This document shows positions 1 to 11,336 of a stretch of DNA of 64,000 nt, piece after piece. Position 1 is the first letter of the stretch, and each line of letters starts with the position of its first letter. This stretch comes from Octopus sinensis (lineage: Eukaryota): assembly GCF_006345805.1 (NCBI RefSeq), contig NC_043000.1:36518001-36582000 (forward strand), given 5' to 3'. The notes under the pieces were generated by a model. The model did no database searches. It was not told where the DNA came from and saw nothing but the letters and a program-made list of their open reading frames with translations. Position numbers and translations under genes: made by a program.

Positions 1-1223
1 AGTCATCACACACACACACATGTATGTATGTATGTATGCATGTATGTATGGGAATGTATGGCTATGTATGCACATCGTAATACATTCTCATACAAACACA
101 CATAAATATATAAATGCGTCTTTAAGTTGGCCAAGTTGTTCGATCACTACTGATAAAAAAATGATTTAATTAAACGTAAGGACAAAAAATTGTGGCGATG
201 AAGAGATTATGTAAACAAAGTGTAATGTTTTATTGAATTACCCACTAAAACATTTAATTCTAGGAAGTCGTATTCTAAATCTTACGAGGCCACCCATTTC
301 CAGGAGACGGCAAATTTTCGTCGGTGAAATAGATTCAATATTGACTGGTCTTTAATGTGGCGAGCTGATATAATCGTTTGCAGCTTTTAGTCTGTCTTTA
401 CTGCTGAGCTCAAATTGCCTTACTTGCTTTGGGGGCCGATAGAGTATGTAGCGGTTAAATATTGGTGTCAATGTAATCCACTTACCCCTCTCCTAAAATT
501 GCTGGCCTTGTGCCAAAATTTGAAACCGATATAACAAATTCGCCGAGGTCAGCCTTGCATTTCATCCTTTCGGGATCGATAAACAAAATACCGATTGATT
601 ACTTGGATTGATGTAATCGACTTAAATCCTCACCACCGCAAATTATTGGCCTTTTGCCTGAACTTGAAACCTCTATTGACTGACACTTTATTTGATGTGT
701 GACAGAAGAATGAAAGGCCTATTCGATCTTGTTGAAGTTTTAATCTCAGAACATAAAGACTGGCAACAAATACTCACACACAATTCGGCTGCTGACGCAC
801 TAACGATTCTGCTCAGCCTCGGCTCTGCAAATAACAACTTATTTTACAAGAGGCACAACGCCAGCAATTTTAGGGAGGAGTTTAGTCGATTACTGTTCTG
901 GATTATTATTTTATTTTTTCGACCTCAAACGAATGAAAGCCAAACTGGTCCTCAGCGTGATTTGAACTCACAACTTCAAGAGCTGAAAGAAAAACGGTTA
1001 AATCTTTTTGCCTTAGAGATAATAATATTAAAACTGCTTTAGGTGGATGACCGGCTGCTGAAGGTTCCTGATTTGAGGTACAACCTTCCAACTTCTTTTA
1101 CAAGGCTTAGCAAAACTGAAGGACCGCTGCAGAAAGTGTGTGAATCTGTGTGGAGACTCTGCTGAATAGAATCATAATTAACCGCCCTCCTGTGTTTTCT
1201 TTTACCCAAAGCTAGGAACTCTT

Positions 1224-2863
1224 TCTGAACGGCGTTGATGCGGTTTCGCGTTTCGCTCGTTCTGCACGTTAAACTTTTTCTGTTTTGGCGGCCGTTTTCG
1301 GTCTGTCAGACAGAAGGAAATGGACTATGAGTCTCTAACAGACTTGTCCACGACAGATGAGGAACTGGAACAGGCAATTACAATGAAGCTGATGGAAGAA
1401 AAGGCTGGAGTTTTCGAGTCTTTATCAGACTTGTCTACGTCTGAGAAGGAGCTAGAAATGGCAGCAAGGAAATTGGAAGAGAAGCTGGGTTATACCTATG
1501 CCGGTGTAACCAAGAAGGCGGAAGAGAAAGGGGTCGACATGGCCAAGTTGCCAAGTTACCAGAAATACATGAAAAAGGAAAGCGGTGAGGTGGAACTGGC
1601 ACCGACACCCAGGAGAAAAGAATGGTATGATAAGAGGACCATTATTTACAGGGTGTTCGCAAACGAAAGGAAGAGGGTAGAAGTTGTAACCATGGAGTGG
1701 ATAGAGGAAGCCCTGAGAAGAACTGAGGAGGAAATTAATTTTCTGACTCGAGGATCCAAGTACGGTACCGTAGTTGTGCATTTTAAAAGTGAGTGTGCAG
1801 CGAGGAAGATGGCGGCGAAGGCGGTGAAGTCAGAAAAGGTAACACTTCTACCTACGTATTTGAATAGAAGGATTACACGTGTGAGGGTGGATGGAGTGCC
1901 CCCAAACGTGGAGGCAGAGTGGATTGTGGCGGCTGTGATCAGCGGCCACGAGGACGAAGTGGATATTCTCCATGCCTCGGTTAAGTCCGAGGGCTGGAGA
2001 GGCGTAACAGTGGAGCTGAACGTACAGGCGGAGAACGAGGTATTGGTGGACCTGGCGGAAAGCATCAGATTGGGAGACGTGATCATGAGAGTGTGGGTGG
2101 AGGGCAGAGCTCCACGTTGTTACAAGTGTGGTCTGAGGGGTCACATAAGAGCCTTCTGCCCTCCCCCAGGGAAAGAAATGGATTCCGAACCAGAGAGAGA
2201 GAAGCAGAAACCAGAGGAGAAGGAGACAGTAGAAGAGGAAGAGAATACACAGAAATGGAAGGAAGCTGGAAATAAGAGGAAGAGAAGAATACGAGGAAAA
2301 GAAAATAACATGGAACACCAATCTACCCCAAAACCACCCACACCCTCTGAGTCCCACCCTATCCATGCGGACATTGAACCCCCCCCCCCAACAAGAAAAC
2401 AAAAGAAAAAAAAGAATACACACAGACAAGAGATTGAAATCGATATCAGGCCGTACATTTGTACTATGACTGAACAGAAAGAAGTTAAAAGTCTAATGGA
2501 AGAGTATAAATGGTATGAAGTTGGTGAGACTAGGTATGCTGTGATTGAAAAGAAAAACATAGATGAGTTTATGGTGAGGTGTGAAAGGGAGAATTGGGAG
2601 GTGAAAGATATAAGAATGAGCGATGAATTCGTGGAAAATATGGATGAGTATTTCGGAGTAAGAATGGATATGGAATTTATTCGTATTGGCAAAGAACATT
2701 CAAGTGACGATGAAAAACAAAGGACAGGTAAGTGATGCTAACGGACGGGGCCGTTAGTATCGCTTTCATAATATCATTTTCTTTCACTTGACAATTCATT
2801 TTTCATAAATTTTAATTATAATGTTCTATGTCCCCATGTCTTGTGGGGGGTAATAAAGAATCA
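1224..2863 (+). mobile_element. ORF1-only non-LTR retroelement (L1/Tx1-like), copy 1, intact
   Basis: ~96-bp 5' UTR, a single 471-aa ORF, and a T-rich 3' UTR ending AATAAAGAATCA; no ORF2 sequence. ORF1 motifs align with the ORF1 of the endonuclease-bearing element at 63192-63392. Confidence 0.85.
1320..2735 (+). CDS. LINE ORF1p-like nucleic-acid-binding protein (RRM-like region, CCHC zinc knuckle, basic stretch, acidic C-terminal domain)
   Basis: Uninterrupted ATG-to-TGA frame of 471 aa. CYKCGLRGHIRAFC fits CX2CX4HX4C. GTVVVHFKSECAA and RVRVDGVPPNVEAEWIVAAV resemble Tx1 ORF1; KRKRRIRGK is a basic stretch. Confidence 0.85.
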   Translation: MDYESLTDLSTTDEELEQAITMKLMEEKAGVFESLSDLSTSEKELEMAARKLEEKLGYTYAGVTKKAEEKGVDMAKLPSYQKYMKKESGEVELAPTPRRKEWYDKRTIIYRVFANERKRVEVVTMEWIEEALRRTEEEINFLTRGSKYGTVVVHFKSECAARKMAAKAVKSEKVTLLPTYLNRRITRVRVDGVPPNVEAEWIVAAVISGHEDEVDILHASVKSEGWRGVTVELNVQAENEVLVDLAESIRLGDVIMRVWVEGRAPRCYKCGLRGHIRAFCPPPGKEMDSEPEREKQKPEEKETVEEEENTQKWKEAGNKRKRRIRGKENNMEHQSTPKPPTPSESHPIHADIEPPPPTRKQKKKKNTHRQEIEIDIRPYICTMTEQKEVKSLMEEYKWYEVGETRYAVIEKKNIDEFMVRCERENWEVKDIRMSDEFVENMDEYFGVRMDMEFIRIGKEHSSDDEKQRTGK

Positions 2864-3082
2864 CAAGGCTTAGCAAAACTGAAGGACCGCTGCAGAAAGT
2901 GTGTGAATCTGTGTGGAGACTCTGCTGAATAGAATCATAATTAACCGCCCTCCTGTGTTTTCTTTTACCCAAAGCTAGGAACTCTTTCTGAACGGCGTTG
3001 ATGCGGTTTCGCGGTTCGCTCGTTCTGCGCGTTACACTTTTTCTGTTTTGGCGGCCGTTTTCGGTCTGTCAGACAGAAGGAA

Positions 3083-4482
3083 TTGCACTATGAGTCTCTA
3101 ACAGACTTGTCCACGACAGATGAGGAACTGGAACAGGCAATTACAATGAAGCTGATGGAAGAAAAGGCTGGAGTTTTCGAGTCTTTATTAGACTTGTCTA
3201 CGTCTGAGAAGGAGCTAGAAATGGCAGCGAGGAAATTGGACGAGAAGCTGGGTTATACCTATGCCGGTGTAACCAAGAAGGCGGAAGAGGAAGGGGTCGA
3301 CTTGGCCAAGCTACCAAATTACCAGAAATACATGAAAAAGGAAAGCGGTGAGGTGGAACTGGCACCGACACCCAGGAGAAAAGAATGGTATGATAAGAGG
3401 ACCATTATTTACAGGGTGTTCGCAAACGAAAGGAAGAGGGTAGAAGTTGTAACCATGGAGTGGATAGAGGAAGCCCTGAGAAGATCGGAGGAGGAAATTA
3501 ATTTTCTGACTCGAGGATCCAAGTACGGTACCGTAGTGGTACATTTTAAAAGTGAATCTGCAGCGAGGAAGATGGCGGCGAAGGCGGTGAAGTCAGAAAA
3601 GGTACCACTTTTACCTACGTATTTAAACAGGAGGATTACACGAATAAGGGTGGAGGGAGTGCCACCAAACGTGGAGGCAGAGTGGATTGTGGCGGCTGTG
3701 ATTAGCGGCCACGAGGACGAAGTGGATATTCTCCATGCCTCGGTTAAGTCCGAGGGCTGGAGAGGCGGAGAACGAGGTACTGGTGGACCTGGCGGAAAGC
3801 ATCAGATTGGGAGACGTGATCATGAGAGTGTGGGTGGAGGGCAGAGCTCCACGTTGTTACAAGTGTGGCCTGAGGGGTCACATAAGAGCCTTCTGCCCTC
3901 CCCCAGGGAAAGAAATGGATTCCGAACCACAGAGAGAGAAGCAGAAACCAGAGGAGAAGGAGACAGTAGAAGAGGAAAGAGAATACACAGAAATGGAAGG
4001 AAGCTGGAAATAAGAGGAAGAGAAGAATACGAGGAAAAGAAAATAACATGGAACACCAATCTACCCCAAAACCACCCACACCCTCTGAGTCCCACCCTAT
4101 TCCTGCAGACAGTGAACCCACCCGCTCCCCCCCCCCAACAAGAAAACAAAAGAAAAAAAATAATACACACACACAAGAGATTGAATTCGATATCAGGCCG
4201 TACATTTGTACTATGACTGAACAGAAAGAAGTTAAAAGTATAATGGAAGAGTATAAATGGTATGAAGTTGGTGAGACTAGGTATGCTGTGATTGAAAAGA
4301 AAAACATAGATGAGTTTATGGTGAGGTGTGAAAGGGAGAATTGGGAGGTGAAGGATATAAGAATGAGCGATGAATTCGTGGAAAATATGGATGAGTATTT
4401 CGGAGTAAGAATGGATATGGAATTTATTCGTATTGGCAAAGAACATTCAAGTGACGATGAAAAACAAAGGACAGGTAAGTGA
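3083..4482 (+). pseudogene. ORF1 copy 2, disrupted
   Basis: The ATG is replaced by TTG. A 26-bp deletion between AGGCG direct repeats shifts the frame before the knuckle, and there are further indels. Confidence 0.85.
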
Positions 4483-4829
4483 TGCTAACGGACGGGGCCG
4501 TTAGTATCGCTTTCATAATATCATTTTCTTTCACTTGACAATTCATTTTTCATAAATTTTAATTATAATGTTCTATGTCCCCATGTCTTGTGGGGGGTAA
4601 TAAAGAATCACAAGGCTTAGCAAAACTGAAGGACCGCTGCAGAAAGTGTGTGAATCTGTGTGGAGACTCTGCTGAATAGAATCATAATTAACCGCCCTCC
4701 TGTGTTTTCTTTTACCCAAAGCTAGGAACTCTTTCTGAACGGCGTTGATGCGGTTTCGCGGTTCGCTCGTTCTGCGCGTTACACTTTTTCTGTTTTGGCG
4801 GCCGTTTTCGGTCTGTCAGACAGAAGGAA

Positions 4830-6222
4830 TTGCACTATGAGTCTCTAACAGACTTGTCCACGACAGATGAGGAACTGGAACAGGCAATTACAATGAAGCT
4901 GATGGAAGAAAAGGCTGGAGTTTTCGAGTCTTTATTAGACTTGTCTACGTCTGAGAAGGAGCTAGAAATGGCAGCGAGGAAATTGGACGAGAAGCTGGGT
5001 TATACCTATGCCGGTGTAACCAAGAAGGCGGAAGAGGAAGGGGTCGACTTGGCCAAGCTACCAATTACCAGAAATACATGAAAAAGGAAAGCGGTGAGGT
5101 GGAACTGGCACCGACACCCAGGAGAAAAGAATGGTATGATAAGAGGACCATTATTTACAGGGTGTTCGCAAACGAAAGGAAGAGGGTAGAAGTTGTAACC
5201 ATGGAGTGGATAGAGGAAGCCCTGAGAAGATCGGAGGAGGAAATTAATTTTCTGACTCGAGGATCCAAGTACGGTACCGTAGTGGTACATTTTAAAAGTG
5301 AATCTGCAGCGAGGAAGATGGCGGCGAAGGCGGTGAAGTCAGAAAAGGTACCACTTTTACCTACGTATTTAAACAGGAGGATTACACGAATAAGGGTGGA
5401 GGGAGTGCCACCAAACGTGGAGGCAGAGTGGATTGTGGCGGCTGTGATTAGCGGCCACGAGGACGAAGTGGATATTCTCCATGCCTCGTTAAGTCCGAGG
5501 GCTGGAGAGGCGGAGAACGAGGTACTGGTGGACCTGGCGGAAAGCATCAGATTGGGAGACGTGATCATGAGAGTGTGGGTGGAGGGCAGAGCTCCACGTT
5601 GTTACAAGTGTGGCCTGAGGGGTCACATAAGAGCCTTCTGCCCTCCCCCAGGAAAGAAATGGATTCCGAACCACAGAGAGAGAAGCAGAAACCAGAGGAG
5701 AAGGAGACAGTAGAAGAGGAAAGAGAATACACAGAAATGGAAGGAAGCTGGAAATAAGAGAAGAGAAGAATACGAGGAAAAGAAAATAACATGGAACACC
5801 AATCTACCCCAAAACCACCCACACCCTCTGAGTCCCACCCTATTCCTGCAGACAGTGAACCCACCCGCTCCCCCCCCCAACAAGAAAACAAAAGAAAAAA
5901 AATAATACACACACAAGAGATTGAATTCGATATCAGGCCGTACATTTGTACTATGACTGAACAGAAAGAAGTTAAAAGTATAATGGAAGAGTATAAATGG
6001 TATGAAGTTGGTGAGACTAGGTATGCTGTGATTGAAAAGAAAAACATAGATGAGTTTATGGTGAGGTGTGAAAGGGAGAATTGGGAGGTGAAGGATATAA
6101 GAATGAGCGATGAATTCGTGGAAAATATGGATGAGTATTTCGGAGTAAGAATGGATATGGAATTTATTCGTATTTGCAAAGAACATTCAAGTGACGATGA
6201 AAAACAAAGGACAGGTAAGTGA
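4830..6222 (+). pseudogene. ORF1 copy 3, disrupted
   Basis: Same TTG start and 26-bp deletion as copy 2, plus several 1-bp indels (some may be assembly errors in homopolymers). Confidence 0.85.
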
Positions 6223-6799
6223 TGCTAACGGACGGGGCCGTTGGTATCGCTTTCATATAATCATTTTTTTTCACTTAACAATTCATTTTTCATAAATTTT
6301 AATTATAATGTTCTATGTCCCCATGTCTTTTGGTGTCCCCCTCTGTGTCGCCCCTAGTGGGTAATAAAGAATCACCAAAGCTAGGAACTCTTCAGTACCC
6401 CTTTCGTAATGTTTATAATCTACCCTAAACAGACAACTTTTATTATATACCTAAACTAGGATTAAACACACAGGACATGTTCTCTATTTATTTATTTATT
6501 GCCCACAGCGGGCTAAACATAGGGGGGACAAACAAGGACAGACAAAGGTATTAAGTCGACTACATCGACTACAGTGTGTAATTGGTACTTAATTTATCGA
6601 CACCGAAAGGATGAAAGACAAAGTAACGGCAGGCAAAATACAGCTAAACATTTCGACCAGCTCGCCGCTCTACAAAGGATTTATTCTGTATTACATTGAT
6701 GCACGCTCACTGTTAGCTAAAACAATGATTTCTATTTTTTATGTCTATAAAGAGTCTTTAAAAAAATGCTCGTAAAATATAAACAGTTCTGTTCAGGGA

Positions 6800-7320
6800 G
6801 AGTTTTTACCGTAGAGATCTGAAGAACTTTGTTGACTTCGTTCAGGTAAGTTGTTTTACCCTCGTATCTTTATCTTATAACTCTGTGGTTGATTATTTTA
6901 GTTATTAAGAAACACCTCTATACATGTTCTTCCCTGTTTACATTACTTCAAACTAGAGTTTTTTTAATATATTTTACGAGAATTTGAAGTGATTTCTCTG
7001 CTGTCTTTGTTTCCTAAATGTATCAACAATTTTCCGTTTTGAAACATTGTGTCAGATTGAGTTTTTACCGTAGAGATCTGAAGAACTTTGTTGACTTCGT
7101 TCAGGTAAGTTGTTTTACCCTCGTATCTTTATCTTATAACTCTGTGGTTGATTATTTTAGTTATTAAGAAACACCTCTATACATGTTCTTCCCTGTTTAC
7201 ATTACTTCAAACTAGAGTTTTTTTTTATATATTTTGCGAGAATTTGAAGTGATTTCTCTGCTGTCTTTGTTTCCTAAATGTATCAACAATTTTCCGTTTT
7301 GAAACATTGTGTCAGATTGA
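6800..7320. repeat. 259-bp direct tandem duplication
   Basis: GAGTTTTTACCGTAGAGATCTG starts at 6800 and 7059; both copies end GTCAGATTGA and are nearly identical. Confidence 0.95.
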
Positions 7321-10207
7321 TAATTTAAAAATTTAAACCACAAAAGATGCCATCTTCATGTATTGTTTTATTTTGAGTATTTTGCAAAACAATTAAATAT
7401 AGCTAAATAAAAATAGATTTAATGATTTTTAGTCCATTATACCGAATTGTTTCGTGCTCTTTAAACTTTCGTTATTGCTAGACATTCCACACTGCTGTAA
7501 AAAGTTGTTCCAGCGTCGGAAATTTGTTGACCCTCTCGACGCGTATCTAAAGCATTTGACACTAAATCTTGAAAGCCGCTTTTGCTTTGATCTTTCTGGG
7601 GTCGATAAACTAATTTCCAGCGAAGAAATGCTGAAAAAAGGAAATGTGTGATTCAAGTGATTTTAGATAATGTTATGTGAAATATTCACCAAGGTGATGA
7701 TTTATTAGGCCTTCTGATGAAGGTAGAAGGCAAGCAATTATGAGCGATGTATATTAGTCAATAACATCAACCCAAGTATATGACTGGTATTTTATCTTAT
7801 CGATACCAAAAGGATGAAGGGTAAAACTTCACTCAATGGGATTTGAATTCAGAACATAAAGAACCGTAACATTTATCAGAAAGCACTGTTTTTCTGTCGC
7901 TCTGACGATTCTGCCATTCCACTACTCGGAGGTCGTCTATGATTCTTTCAAATTTCGCGGAAGACGACATTGCCCTTCATCCTTCCAGGAGTTGATAAAA
8001 TAAGTACCAGTGGAGTACTGGGGCCGATGTGATCGACTTACCCCTCCTCCCAATTTCCAGGCCATACGCCTATATTACACAGGATTGTTATTATTATTAT
8101 TGTTTCTTTTATTATTAAGGTAGCAATTTGGTAGAATCGTTACCACGCAAGTCAAAATTTTTAGCGGTATTTCGTCCGTCTTTCATAGTTCCAGGATGGA
8201 TAAAACAAGTACCATATGAGTACTAGCGTCGGTGTAATCAACTTGTCCCCTACCCCGAACTTGCTGGACTCTCTGCCAAAATTTGAAACAATTATTCCCA
8301 TTATTAAGGCAGTGGGTTGGCAGAAGGTTTAGTAAGCAGGAATAAAGACTAAGCAGCATTTCTTTCCGTTCTTACTTTCCGAGTTCAAATGATGCCGAGG
8401 TTAATTTTATCTTTCATCCTTTCGCGGTCGATTAAGTAAGTACCATAATGGGATCGATGTAATCGACTGTCATCCTCCCCAAAATATAGTAGGGCCTTAT
8501 GCTTATGGTAGAAAGAATTTTTATCATTGCAAGTTATGTTTGAAAAATAAATATTTTTATTTTGTATCTGATTTAAGAGGTTTTTATTTTTCTATGAAAT
8601 ATCTCTACTGTTCCAAACATCCAGCACCTCCATACAGCTAAGTGGCGCTGTCATCCACGTTCAGAAATACAGATCAAATGAAAGTTCTTTTTAAAGAAAT
8701 AAAATCCCAAACTTCATGGATAGTATCAACGAAATAATTCCATGAATACATATTTCTGACACAATCCAGTGAGAATTGAACGTTTTATCTCTTTGTATCC
8801 AATTTGAACTGTACTCTCTCCACTCTTCTTTATTGCTTAAGCTGTACTTGCTGAACTCTTTCTGCACGTGATGAAATTTTAAGATTATGAGAGACACTCC
8901 TAATCTTTTATCACATTTAATGCGCCCAAACCTCTAAAATATCAAAGCTAGAACGGCGAACGTTGTTGACTTTATGTTAGTGTCACCAGTTTACAAAGGC
9001 AGGTTTATAATGTTCCGAAGGTCTCTGGCTCATATCAACTGAACACTAATTCAGCGCATGTTCGAAGCCTTTGCATATTAAAGATAGATTATAGGATCTC
9101 GTTATCTCATAAAGAACTCTGAAAAAAGAAATTTAAAGAAAAACCACACAACACAAAATAGAAAAGATATCGACACACGAACGCATTTTAGTATCGGCAA
9201 TTAAATTAGGATCGCATATTGCCTTTGTTCAAATAAATGAATTATCGCTTTTTGTCATCCCGATATTTCATGCTGAATTTTATGTAAATAAACCTGAAAT
9301 CAGAGTTTTATGTAAATAAACCTGAAATCAGGTGTTGCGCTCACGATCGCAAGATGGTGGTTTCAATTCCAGAGCAGGGCACTGTGATGTAGTGCAAAAC
9401 ACTTCATTTCACATTGCTCAGGTCCACTTAGCCATGAATGAGTCAGTCGGCAACAGACTGACATCTCGTTCTCGGAGATTATGCTGTGATCTTGTTTGAT
9501 TATGCGCTTTGGAAACTGATTGACTGCACGAAGGAGTTCCAAGGCTCGAGTCAGTCATGTCCAGGCGACTTTACATTTTCTAAGCGCAAATAGAAATACG
9601 CAAATAAACGACAGCGTTTTGTTAACCTGAAATTTTATGCTGAGTTGTATTTATATGAACTCAAAATAATATTTTTTTGTTTTGTTTTGTACTTAATATT
9701 GCGTTCAGTATTATGATCGATTCATTAAAACAAACAGCGAAGAATAACTTCCCTAATTTTAGATTACTCGATGTAAAAAGAGTTCGATGTCAGTAAAAGA
9801 CAGACTATTTCAGATTTGATGAAGATATTGTCAGAAAGAAAGATTTTCCGGTCGATAAATAAATATCATAATATACATTCTGGCAAAGATAATTATACTT
9901 ATTTCAGAATTATGGAGAGATTTTCGACACAGTTATGCATGTTGTGAACGCTATATCTCGGGGTTTTAGTATCAACGCAAAGATTAAACAACAGCATTTG
10001 AAAGAAAAGAAAGAAATATGTGAAATACGATGTAGATTATAGGAATTGAGGTTGTTTAAAAGTCACTATGCTTCGACCTTTCCCTCTTTCTTAAATTATT
10101 TCCATCAAATTGTTTCCATTTCTCTCAAACCATCTCACTAATCAAGTATACACTTGGCCGTTATTATATTAATTCCGTGTACCACCTAAAGATTCACTCT
10201 CTCTTTA

Positions 10208-10238
<31 letters not shown>

Positions 10239-11336
10239 CTCTCGAACTAATCCGATTAACCATGCTTCATGTTACATGTCAGCCTAACAAAGTATAACGA
10301 GAAAACTGGAAATTTTATGTTTCATATTTCATATCCCTTAAATTTTGTGGTCTTCCTAATCCTGTTAGAACCATTTCCTCATGCAATAAAAGCAGGCTTA
10401 ATCCATGTGAAACGCTGCATTGTTACAGATCATAAATGCACAAGATTGATTGGTCAGCTTGACCCGAAACAACCCATTTATTCACTCATGCGTCACGTGT
10501 TCATTGTTTATTTTATCAGTTCGTTATTTCCACCTTTTGATCAGATAAAATCAGAGATTCAGACCGCATTGATCTTAATTCTAATGAAACTAATATTCGA
10601 TTTAAGGTGATGTATTGGAATGTATAACAACCGGTACGTTTCTGGAGAAATCTCGATTGAAACTCCTCGTTCCATAACATGGAGTAATCTCTTTGAAAGT
10701 GTGTTAAAGATGAGATAAGGCATTTAGTTAGACACTTGCTAAGAGAAAAACAGAAAAGATTTTCTTTTAACTATCGTCAATAAACATCAAATAGATTGTG
10801 ATCAGGTATTTTTAGTTATCATGATTGAGAGTTTCTTCGCTTTACTATTCATGTAACGAAATCAACTGCAGATGATCCATCATAACTGTCTGATTCGATC
10901 AGCAACCAAACAAGTAATTGATTAAATGTGTATATTTGAGAGTTGGAGTGGGGAGGAGGCAGAAAAATCTACAAGAAAAATACGACGAAAACAAGAAAAA
11001 AAATGACAAGCTACAACGAAGACAGACGTGAAAATGATAGGGAGGTTTCATATCTGTGGATGAAAAATGTTTTGCGTGGGATCTGAATTACGATGTTGTT
11101 GGGTTAACGAGAGGAGGAGATAAATGTGTTAAGAAGACGGAAAGGATGTGGTGAAAACTTCCAGTTGAGAGATCGTTACAAGAATGGTAGATGAGACAAA
11201 AAGAACAGCAGCACATTTGTGAGTTAGAACCATTTGGAATGAAAATCTGTTAACCTTACTCAAATGCAGACCACTCTGATGTAATATGAGGCGGTGAAAT
11301 AAATGATCAATTTAACCAATAGCCTATAGGTTAACA

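Larger units (their letters stand above)
1101..6392 (+). repeat. Head-to-tail array of three ~1.75 kb units, each = 105-bp flank + 18-bp target sequence + ORF1-only retroelement
   Basis: CAAGGCTTAGCAAAACTG starts at 1101, 2864 and 4611 (periods 1763 and 1747). CCAAAGCTAGGAACTCTT occurs at 1206, 2969, 4716 and again after the last unit at 6375-6392. Confidence 0.97.

Noticed and set aside
692-1042. 116-aa ORF upstream of the array
   Set aside because: It runs through decayed minus-strand SINE copies; no domain recognised.
1101-6392. Array as an LTR, DIRS or CRISPR-like structure
   Set aside because: No long terminal repeats, pol gene or spacers; the 18-bp repeat fits a TSD better.
6797-6845. 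Resemblance of GESFY to arginyl-tRNA synthetase
   Set aside because: Only five residues match and no other exons of such a gene were seen.
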